Of a stretch of DNA of 64,000 nt, positions 19,323-28,156 are shown piece after piece. This DNA comes from Ignisphaera sp. (lineage in GTDB: Archaea > Thermoproteota > Thermoprotei_A > Sulfolobales > Ignisphaeraceae). Where the stretch lies: assembly GCA_038889075.1 (NCBI GenBank), contig JAWAHS010000005.1:1-64000 (forward strand), given 5' to 3'. Each line of letters opens with the position of its first letter. Positions within the stretch are counted from its first letter, which is position 1. Under the pieces are notes generated by a model. The model saw nothing but the letters and a program-made list of their open reading frames with translations, was not told where the DNA came from and did not search any database. The position numbers and the translations under genes are program-made.

Positions 19323-22300
19323 CAGGCCACCTCTTGATCTAGCTGGGTTAAGCTTAGTTAAATCTATTGTCAACGGTTTTAAGTACCATCCATATATATT
19401 CACACTGCGTCAGTATACACATGGAGAGCCAGTCTACCCTTATGCTCATCAGCTAGAGCTCTTGATATACCTTTTTCCGCGAAAACCTATTCGAGTTTTA
19501 ATAGGAGATGAAATCGGTCTCGGTAAAACAATAGAGGCTATAATGATTATTAAGTACCTACGTGAAGTAGGGTTAGCTAAAAGAATTTTAATCCTTGTGC
19601 CAAGGGTTCTTGTGCATCAGTGGATAAGTGAATTAAAGAGATTCGGTTTTCAGATTACCGAGATATTTCAGATAGAGCGTGAAACAATACAGAATATTCT
19701 AGCTAAAGGTTTTCCCGAAGGCGTTTATGCGGCATCGGTAGATCTTGTGAAAAGGAAAGAATACAAAGATATTATCCTAAAGGTAGGCTGGGATGCTGTT
19801 ATCGTTGATGAAGCCCATAGAGTCGGAAGGGTAGGTGATCGCGAGACCCAGCGATTTGAATTAGTATCGAGTTTTGCAAAGAACGCAGGTATAAACCTTG
19901 TACTATTGTCTGCAACACCCCATAGAGGGAAACCTGATGACTATATCGAGAGACTACGTCTTGTAGATCCCTATCTTTTTGCTAGTGTTGGCGAGCTTGA
20001 TAGCGAGAACTTCTATAGATCTATCAACAATGCCTTGGTTTTTAGGCGAACAAAGCTAGATGTTAATAACGTATATGAGAAAAGAACCATTTTTACAAAC
20101 TGTGTATTCAAAGCGCGTGTAACAAAAGCTTCGGATATCGAGGTTAAGTTCTATAGCGAAGTTTGCGAGTTTCTACGAAGTGTACTCACTAGGTACTACA
20201 ACATTGTAGGAGAGAAACCATCAGCTCTAGGTTTGCTACTTGTCTTAATAGCTAAACGAGCGTCGTCAAGTCCAAAAGCAGCTCTTATTACATTGAATAG
20301 AATTATACGGAGAAGAGCTGAGATTCTGAAAACCGGTGAAGTAGCTATTGAAGATATATCTAAGGATCTCGATCGCGAAGTTGATGAATTTGTTGAGTCC
20401 ATTCTCGGTTCTAAGGGTTTCGAAGAATACGACGAGATCTTAGGGTCTAGGACCACGGATATAGATGAGATTGTGAACAGCTTTTCGGAAAAATATGCTA
20501 TACTACTAGATGAGCAAGATATAAAGACCCTTACCGAGTTGCACAGATATGCTAAACGTATTATCGGAGACTACGACTCGAGATTAGCGAGCATTGTAGA
20601 TATAGTTCAAACACATTTAGACAAGGGAGATACAGTTGTTATATTTACGGAGTTCAGAGATACAGCTGAATACATCTTCGATGAACTTAAGAAAAGATTA
20701 TCCATAAACTTAGGTGCTAAGGTAGCCCTCGTTACATCGGATAGAATTGAACCTCCAGAGGAGTTAGCGAAGGGTTTAGATAAGCGGAAGATAACGATTG
20801 AGGATGTAAAGGAGTGGTTAGCGAAGGGCTACGTAAAAGTTTTGGTATCTACAGATGTAGCTTCGGAAGGTCTAAATCTTCAGCATGCAAATATTGTTAT
20901 ACACTACGAGCCTCCGTGGAGTCCGATAAAAATTGTTCAGCGTATTGGTAGAGTGTGGAGACTGGGGCAGAGGAAGGATGTTGTAAGCTATACTGTTTCA
21001 CTACCTGTTGAAAGCGATTTGAAAGCTTTTGAAGTACTCTACGCTAAGCTCTTATCGTGGTATGTGTCCGGTGTGGAGCAGAGGGTACCTATAGGTGAAG
21101 AACTTGAGATAGATATGATGGGAGCTAGGGCTGGAGGAGGCGATGTTGATTTATTGGTGCTAGTTCCTTCAGCTAGCGATAGAGGTGAGAAGATCTATTT
21201 CAGCGAATATAGAGCATGGCTAGAGTTTATACATAGAGGAGGAGTAGGTCTAGAGGAGTACGTTAGAAAGATCTTATCTATGCTCCAAACGTTGAAGAGA
21301 TACGCTGAACGTATTAAACTTGAGGAAGGTGAAAAAGAGATTAGAGTCCGTAAAATCCTAGACGATATTCTAGGGGGACTCTATGGAAGAGATGCCGAAG
21401 ATTCTCTGCGTAACATTCTGGTAGCTGCAGCAAAGCTCCAAGGACTAAGCGTAGAGGATCGTAGAGATAAGATGTTTATAGACTCTGGCAGGTACGTTGT
21501 TGCAAAGAATAACATATCCGATGTTTACAAAGCCTTAGAGAGTATTATTCAAGAAGTCTCCGAACCCCCGGATAATCTAGCATTACTTGTACTCGACAAG
21601 GGTATAGACATCGATGAACTACTTCTATACAAAGTCGAGCTTGAAATTGATGGTAAGCCCTACTACAGCGAAGTAGTTGGGGTAAGAAGGAAAGGGGCCG
21701 AAATTGGGGAGGTTCGCGGTACTCATCTTCTACATCTCCTAACACGGATCTTAGATAGTGATAAAATTATTGGTATTGCCGACGGCGTTCAAGACGATGA
21801 CGTGGATATCCTAAAGAATAAGATTTCTAGTAAGTTTAAAGAGATTATGAGAAGAACCTTAAATCCATTTCTTAACTATGTAAGAAGCGTTGAAGGTAGT
21901 TTCAGTTATCCGCATAGCGCATGGAGTCCAAGGGATATAGCTAAAGATGTTAGAGAACCTAGAGTGGTATACATAGGAAAGGTTTTGTTCTTAAAGACGC
22001 ACGAAGCTTACGATGCTCCACCGCCTATAGCTGTAGAAGAGGTTGAGAAAAAGGCTATGGAGGTGGTCATGGACTATGAGCGTAGATGTGGCCGTATACC
22101 GGTGGATGTGAGTAGGTTTGAGCATTACGATATACAGAGCTCTGATCCTGTTAGTGGTGAGGCTAGGTTTATAGAGGTTAAAGGTCGTAGTGATAATCGT
22201 ATTCAGGTAGAGCTTACTGAGGTAGAGTTTGAATATGCTAAGAAACTAGGGGAAAGCTACTGGCTGTACATAGTCTACAATATATCTTCTAAACCTAGGC

Positions 22301-22407
22301 TTCTAATTATCAGGAATCCTGCTAAAAACATTAGATGGGCTGAGGTAGGTGTGAAGAGGTATAGGCTCATAGGGGTTGAGAACCACGCCTATACAGAAGG
22401 TAGTTGA
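19276..22407 (+). CDS. SNF2-family helicase with C-terminal DUF3883 (NOV_C) PD-(D/E)XK nuclease
   Basis: PYAHQ, GDEIGLGKT, DEAH, SATPH, STDVASEGLNLQ, QRIGRVWR; C-terminal EVEKKAMEVVMDYE...YDI.S...RFIEVKG...YWLYIV. Confidence 0.92.
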   Translation: MYIELQKPLDYSTGYSRPPLDLAGLSLVKSIVNGFKYHPYIFTLRQYTHGEPVYPYAHQLELLIYLFPRKPIRVLIGDEIGLGKTIEAIMIIKYLREVGLAKRILILVPRVLVHQWISELKRFGFQITEIFQIERETIQNILAKGFPEGVYAASVDLVKRKEYKDIILKVGWDAVIVDEAHRVGRVGDRETQRFELVSSFAKNAGINLVLLSATPHRGKPDDYIERLRLVDPYLFASVGELDSENFYRSINNALVFRRTKLDVNNVYEKRTIFTNCVFKARVTKASDIEVKFYSEVCEFLRSVLTRYYNIVGEKPSALGLLLVLIAKRASSSPKAALITLNRIIRRRAEILKTGEVAIEDISKDLDREVDEFVESILGSKGFEEYDEILGSRTTDIDEIVNSFSEKYAILLDEQDIKTLTELHRYAKRIIGDYDSRLASIVDIVQTHLDKGDTVVIFTEFRDTAEYIFDELKKRLSINLGAKVALVTSDRIEPPEELAKGLDKRKITIEDVKEWLAKGYVKVLVSTDVASEGLNLQHANIVIHYEPPWSPIKIVQRIGRVWRLGQRKDVVSYTVSLPVESDLKAFEVLYAKLLSWYVSGVEQRVPIGEELEIDMMGARAGGGDVDLLVLVPSASDRGEKIYFSEYRAWLEFIHRGGVGLEEYVRKILSMLQTLKRYAERIKLEEGEKEIRVRKILDDILGGLYGRDAEDSLRNILVAAAKLQGLSVEDRRDKMFIDSGRYVVAKNNISDVYKALESIIQEVSEPPDNLALLVLDKGIDIDELLLYKVELEIDGKPYYSEVVGVRRKGAEIGEVRGTHLLHLLTRILDSDKIIGIADGVQDDDVDILKNKISSKFKEIMRRTLNPFLNYVRSVEGSFSYPHSAWSPRDIAKDVREPRVVYIGKVLFLKTHEAYDAPPPIAVEEVEKKAMEVVMDYERRCGRIPVDVSRFEHYDIQSSDPVSGEARFIEVKGRSDNRIQVELTEVEFEYAKKLGESYWLYIVYNISSKPRLLIIRNPAKNIRWAEVGVKRYRLIGVENHAYTEGS

Positions 22408-23680
22408 GTACAACAACACTAGAATTGAGATACACGGTGGTTGGAGGGAAGTTGGTGGGAACTGCATAGTTGTTAGAGATGGCGGTAGGAAAATTGTATT
22501 TGATAATGGTATCAGGTTTAAGGAGCTTAGACGTTTCTATAGCGGTAGAGTCGAACCTCTAGGTGTGGCTGAGCTTAGGGATCTAGGCATAATCCCTGGT
22601 CCAGAGGTATACGATAAAGCTGAAGCTCTGTATATATCCCATGCACATATGGATCACATAGGTCTTCTATCCGCTGTGCCCCTGGATCTAGAGGTGGTTC
22701 TACCTGATATGCAGATAGCCGAGGAAACGTTGTTCTCTTGGTATAGAGGCTCTAGAACTTGGTTAGCATATCTACTACCAACATACCGTACTAAAATTAT
22801 AAATGCTAGAAATCTATCCGAAGATAACCACGGAGTTATAGCTATACCTGTATCGCATAGTGCTTACCCTGCAAACTCTTTTCTATACCTAGGTAAAAAC
22901 CTAACGCTTTTCTACAGCGGAGATCTTAGACTTGAACCTCTAGCTCTTGCCAATGTTCAGGACCTTGGGGAAGTGCTTAAGAAGCTCGGCATCGATAGCG
23001 TTGATGTTGCATTAATCGAGGGTACAAACTTTAGTTTAGAGCTAGAGCATTTTCCTGTAACACCTCAGCTTTTCCGAGAATCTCTAACATATGCTCTATC
23101 GATATACGACTTAGTAGCTATATCGTTAGATCCTCTAGATCTAGAGGCTCTTCTATTTATACTAAGCTCTGCTTCTATGTTTGGTAGGTATGTAGCTATC
23201 TCTTCAAAGCGTTTACTATGGGCTTTAGACTACCTACGAGAATCCCTTGGCTACAACCTACAGAATGTCTATGTAGCTCTAGAGGTAGGCTCAACCCCGA
23301 GAACACCTGTAGATACCGTTGAGCTAGCTGAGGTGATCAACCAAGGAAAGGACTACATCCTTGTGGTAGAACCTGTAGCATTCCTAGAGATCCTCAGAAA
23401 ACTTAGGCTATGGATTAGAGAACTCGAATTTACAAACTCAGCGGTTATATTAATGGATCCAGAGCCTAGGGAATCAATAAAAGAAGTTGAAGAAAACACC
23501 ATAGCTAGATGGCTAAGAACGCTTGGATTTGAGATATACAGGCTTAGAGTATCAGGGCACTACCTACCACATCAGCTAAGAGAATTGATAGATATACTTA
23601 AACCAAAAACATTTATACCCATACACACAGAAAATCCGTTGCCTATGGAGACAGTATACAAAAGAGCAATGAGATCGTAG
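22376..23680 (+). CDS. metallo-beta-lactamase/beta-CASP hydrolase (RNase J-like)
   Basis: GG..EVGGNC, FDNG, SHAHMDH, VSHS, YSGD, IEGT, VSGH, PIH; overlaps helicase end by 32 nt. Confidence 0.88.
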   Translation: MRTTPIQKVVEYNNTRIEIHGGWREVGGNCIVVRDGGRKIVFDNGIRFKELRRFYSGRVEPLGVAELRDLGIIPGPEVYDKAEALYISHAHMDHIGLLSAVPLDLEVVLPDMQIAEETLFSWYRGSRTWLAYLLPTYRTKIINARNLSEDNHGVIAIPVSHSAYPANSFLYLGKNLTLFYSGDLRLEPLALANVQDLGEVLKKLGIDSVDVALIEGTNFSLELEHFPVTPQLFRESLTYALSIYDLVAISLDPLDLEALLFILSSASMFGRYVAISSKRLLWALDYLRESLGYNLQNVYVALEVGSTPRTPVDTVELAEVINQGKDYILVVEPVAFLEILRKLRLWIRELEFTNSAVILMDPEPRESIKEVEENTIARWLRTLGFEIYRLRVSGHYLPHQLRELIDILKPKTFIPIHTENPLPMETVYKRAMRS

Positions 23681-24469
23681 ATATAAGTGTTTTAGGTTTA
23701 AGGATTGAGTATGATTAAGTTTTCGAAGATCCATCTCTATGCTACAGTGCTTTTATTGTTTTTAATAGTAGACTAGGAATTCCTTTTCTTCAGCTTATTA
23801 CCAGTTTATTACTATAATTTTTAGCTACGTTATAGTACTAGTCAGCATATAACCCTACAATATATTTTTAAACCTTGTCGATTTCTCTAACTCCTTCTTT
23901 AGTTTACTTCGCTTCTCAACCTCTTGAATAAATAGTTTGTGATATTAAAATAGTTTGGAGATCTACTCCCAAGGGAAGCTAAATAAAATAGCTTTGAAGA
24001 TCCCCAGAAATCGGTTAACTACTTAAGGTAGTAATTTAGGATGTCTTCAGCAGTTTTCTAGAATAATTAAGATAACGCTAATCGCACATATACTAAGACC
24101 TACCGACTTTAAAAGATCTCGATTGAGGTTCTGTTTAAAGTTTCTATATTTGATGCATTGAATTAATTTATTGAGTGGTTGCGGTACTAAAATAGTTGTA
24201 GCAATTAAGACATATTCAGGAGGTGATGAGATGGTGTTTCCTCGTAGGGATAGGCTCTGTACAGATGCTGGTTGCATCAATTATAGGTATTTTCCTGTTG
24301 ATGTTTGGAACAATTGCTATAAACTTTATACTTGGCTTTATGTGGAGCCTTCGGAAGGTGAACAGCAACCTCAATCTAGTTAAATGATTCAAGGTTTTTA
24401 CATCAACATATTGATGTGGGTGTTATCTAGCTTGGTTTATGTGGAGCAAGTTCTACTCTATAACTTTAT

Positions 24470-25261
24470 TTAATCTATTAGTTCCCCATAGATAACATCT
24501 ATTTCGTATTTCTTTGCTTGAGCTAGCGCTTCTTTAACAGAGTGTATCGATACTATAATTTTTCTCTTCGGTTCTTTTCCAATTATTCTCGATGCTATAC
24601 TGCATTTATGGTTAAACCACATAACGTCTTCTACATCGACAAGGCTCTTAACCTCGATAAAGAATATCTCCCTGTTGTGGATGTAGATATCTATCTCTAA
24701 GGTATCCCCTTTACCCATATACCTACCCTCTGCGTCTACGTAAACAAATTTCTCGACTTTATCAACATCCTCTACACCAAACCAAACAAGAACATCTCTA
24801 TACAGACTAAGAATAGTTTTCTCTAAATCAATTCCAACTCTACGTGTTACAGAACCAACAACAACCTCAAGCCTTGCTACACGCTTGGATAGTTCTTCAA
24901 TCCTTCTAGAGTGATCCTCTAATACCTTTGAATGCTCTTCAATCCTCCTAGACAGCTCCTCCAACCTCTTCGAATGTTCTTCAATCCTCCTAGACAATTC
25001 TTCTAATCTTTTAGAATGCTCCTCTAATACCTTTGAATGCTCTTCAATTCTTCTAGACAATTCCTCTATCCTTCTAGAATGTTCCTCAATTCTCTTTGAA
25101 TGTTCCTGTAGTACTTGGAATACTTTCTCGAAACCTATCTTCATATAGTCTGCTAAAGTTTTAACGGCATCAGCAACATCTTTGAGTTCCTCAGCTCTAG
25201 CCCTCCTAACAGCTCTCTCAACAACTTCCTCAAGAGCCCTCCAATCAAACGCAAAACCCAA
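24470..25261 (-). CDS. coiled-coil heptad-repeat protein with C-terminal PD-(D/E)XK-like domain
   Basis: EEHSKRI/EELSRRI heptads, then G...E, EIDIYI...FIEVKS. Confidence 0.8.
   Translation of the reverse strand: MGFAFDWRALEEVVERAVRRARAEELKDVADAVKTLADYMKIGFEKVFQVLQEHSKRIEEHSRRIEELSRRIEEHSKVLEEHSKRLEELSRRIEEHSKRLEELSRRIEEHSKVLEDHSRRIEELSKRVARLEVVVGSVTRRVGIDLEKTILSLYRDVLVWFGVEDVDKVEKFVYVDAEGRYMGKGDTLEIDIYIHNREIFFIEVKSLVDVEDVMWFNHKCSIASRIIGKEPKRKIIVSIHSVKEALAQAKKYEIDVIYGELID
24880..25110 (-). repeat. degenerate 21-bp tandem coding repeats (~11 heptads)
   Basis: Recurrent tcttcaatcctcctagaca / cctctaatacctttgaatgc units; boundaries approximate. Confidence 0.8.
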
Positions 25262-26205
25262 TAAACTCCACCTATTCTACATACTAAAGTTGAAATTACC
25301 ATACTTAAGTACTTAACGTATATGTATATAACAAAATACTAATAACTATTCCATCTGTCTACAGCCCACCAGCTACTTCTAAATAGAAAATGTCTCAACC
25401 CATTAATTAATATCAACCCACTTAACCCCTATACTCAGCTCACCATCTCTTCCTTCTATTAACCATATATTTGCTAAGCCTTTACCTCTGCTCCACCTAG
25501 CACAAGCTATTCTCTACCCGATTTAGATTAGCAACAGTATAGGATTACATCCATGGTCAGGAGAACAGGTACCTATGTACCCGACAGTTATCCGCAGGAT
25601 ACTCAACCCCTTCTATAAAAAGCAAATATATTAAGAAATTATATTCGTCAAAGCTATTATCATGGATACATAAATCCCTGGTTATCGAAATGCTTAGAAC
25701 TGTAGACTGTATGGATAAAGTTAAAATTTCGGCAATAATCACTAGAATACATCTAGACCAACAACACCTAAGCTTAGATGAAATCTATAAACAAAATCCT
25801 TATTCTTTTGATGGTCTTAGCTTAAAACATTATTTGGATAATTGTATGTAGAGATCTTAACATTGATTAACATTTGACAATATTTCAACGTTTTTGTATT
25901 CGGATAAAAACTAGAACTTATGAATTCTATTTTGTATTATAAAATAGCTATCAGGAGCTAGAGCGTTGTTGGATGTGGTGAGGAGGCTTTATAGGTCCAG
26001 AGATGATAGAATTTTATGTGGTGTTTGCGGGGATATAGGTTCTTATACGTTAATGCGGATCCTGCTATTGTGAGACTTTCTCTATTTCTACAATTTGTGA
26101 AAATCATTGACTTCAGCAGACGCTCCAGCATTTGCATAGCTGATATCCATTGCATACAATATATTCTCAAAAGAGGTTTTGAGGAGTTGGTGACATTGTA
26201 TTGTA

Positions 26206-26250
26206 TGGTGGGCCCGCCGGGATTTAAACCCAGGATCTCCGGCTCCGGAG
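26206..26250 (-). repeat. att-site copy of the tRNA-Arg(CCG) 3' half
   Basis: 26210-26250 matches 33953-33993 at 38/41 nt as a direct repeat; on the minus strand it ends ...GGGCCCACCA. Confidence 0.9.
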
Positions 26251-26600
26251 TCCTGAGACTCCCGTAGATATGTTTTAGTAAACTACATAAAACGAAACAT
26301 AGGTTCATTGTTGAAGATACGTTATGACGTTCATTTGTGTAAGCTGAAACATTAAGAGCGGTACGTCGTGTCTGGTTTACAGAAGAATCTCATTGTGGCA
26401 AATTGAGAAAGGGTTTAAGCTAGGCTCTTGATATAGTAACTTTTTCTGTAATGTTCACATGGGCTTGGTTTGCATACATAAAGGAACTATTTAGAGAGAA
26501 AAGTCTATCTTATTAAGAACTAATTTTCTTATTCGTAGACTTCAAGCGCACTAAACCTGGTTAAGAAGTCTACTATGCTTAACTCGGATTTTCTAGCCAT
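26251..26600 (+). pseudogene. possible highly degraded integrase C-fragment
   Basis: Located where intC is expected; weak echoes of motifs (YVVSGLQ; VDFKRTKPG*EVYYA*L); many stops. Confidence 0.3.
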
Positions 26601-27190
26601 TCTATGTTCACTGGTTTATTTGGGTCGATGCAGAAAGAGATAAGGAGTCTTGAGCTGGCGACAGTAATAATAGTGTTCATTTGTGTCAGAACCATCTACT
26701 AACAATCGTATCACTAATGACGAATCCCGACAACTAAGTATTCATGCCTTATTTACCGAGGAGTCTTAACACTACAGCCAATTCATCAGTAGTACGAGAA
26801 TATTCATCCTTCTCAGAGTATGTTTTACACAATAGAACTAACATCAATGGCCATACTAGGCATGTACTTGATGATGAGAGCGTAGAAGTTAACTATGAGG
26901 AGAAAGTAGAAGTAGTGGTAGAAACCTGTTTTCTTCACAGGTTATGAACATGCCGTCCTCGTCTCTCTAGTAGAGCAAGAAACCTGTTCTTCACACCTAG
27001 AGGGTATGGACTAGGAAGATGATTGCTGGGAGAACTCCATGAATCCGGCTTATCTTCATAGCCATGTTAAAGGCTAGGTGAACCGGGTACGGTGCTTCTT
27101 TGTTTTCCTCATGCTCTCTACGGCTCGCTCCTCTGTACACTCTTATCCTAGATGTTTTTATCCTTGTTCTAACTACGCTGAAGTTCTCTA

Positions 27191-27409
27191 CTAGTAGCTT
27201 TTATAGTGCTCCCTCCTCTCACTCCTACGCCTAGTTATAATGCTTTTCTCACTTATTCTACTGAGTGTGTTACTCAATGTACCTCCGCTTATTTCCCTGC
27301 TCACCATGAGCTCGTAGAAGTCTTTGAGTTGCTTAAAAGTTGCAACATGCTTGTAGACATACCTTAGCAAATACCGTATCAAGTCGTCGGACCCATAGTC
27401 AATGAACAT
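27191..27409 (-). pseudogene. wHTH-like fragment, probably element-derived
   Basis: ATFKQLKDFYELMVSREISGGTLSNTLSRI resembles a winged helix; surrounded by broken frames. Confidence 0.35.
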
Positions 27410-28156
27410 CTCTCGTAGACGTGGTGCTTGACCATCTCCTTCGGTGTTTCTCTTGGCTCAAAGAGGGCTACTCACTATAATCGATCCAATGGGAAGTTAT
27501 ATCACATCTGATACGAGAGGGGTTATAACTGCTAAGCCAGTATACAACAAGCTAGTAGATTACTCAAATTACTGGCGAATACGTGGAGGGATAAGACGTA
27601 TAGAGCTCTACGAGATATGTGTACACCGGTAGCTATAGATTAGCGGCTATCGCGATGTACATTGCATCGATCAGTTAACATCTCCCCATACTATGAGAAA
27701 CGATTACACCACTATAGTGGAGATAGGTGAATGCCTCAAAAGAGCGTGTCAAACACAGGTCTTTTGCCTCTCATTAAACCTCTCCACGCATTGCCCTATA
27801 ATAGATCAAGGCCGTGTCCTCAAACACCATTCATGGAGTCCGTGAAACCCAGGCTAGTAAAGTACTAGTACCATCTCTCGATCCTCAGATACCACTCCAT
27901 GTTATCAACTCGGTGAGAGTTGTTAATACATTCTCGGTATATGAATTAACAAGGGTCTTCGAAAAGAATAGTTCCAAGGGATTTGTTTCGCCTCTGTATT
28001 TTCAATAATAATTCCAAGGTTGATCTAAAGGTTATGTTTCTTAGTGTTTCCTGGGATAATTGTATATCAACTGTGATAACCTATGCCATGTTCTTATCTG
28101 TGACAGTATTGTGGAGAAGAGGCTTGGGGGTAGATCAGGAGAAAAGGTCAATGTGT

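Noticed and set aside
24450-24462. 13-nt match (GTTCTACTCTATA) to the predicted guide region of the orphan omegaRNA at 6823-6835
   Set aside because: Does not include the guide's TAM-proximal first bases and is AT-rich/low-complexity; chance is plausible
26161-26184. ATTCTCAAAAGAGGTTTTGAGG, resembling crenarchaeal CRISPR repeats; other look-alikes at ~11523, ~26385, ~42862 and ~47837
   Set aside because: Single, mutually different copies with no repeat-spacer periodicity and no cas genes; no CRISPR array is supported in the window
25958-26308. ORF-track entries 25958-26308 (-) and 26016-26267 (+), and 34003-34242 (-)
   Set aside because: They run across the att copy or tRNA and show no coherent protein features; treated as spurious or debris
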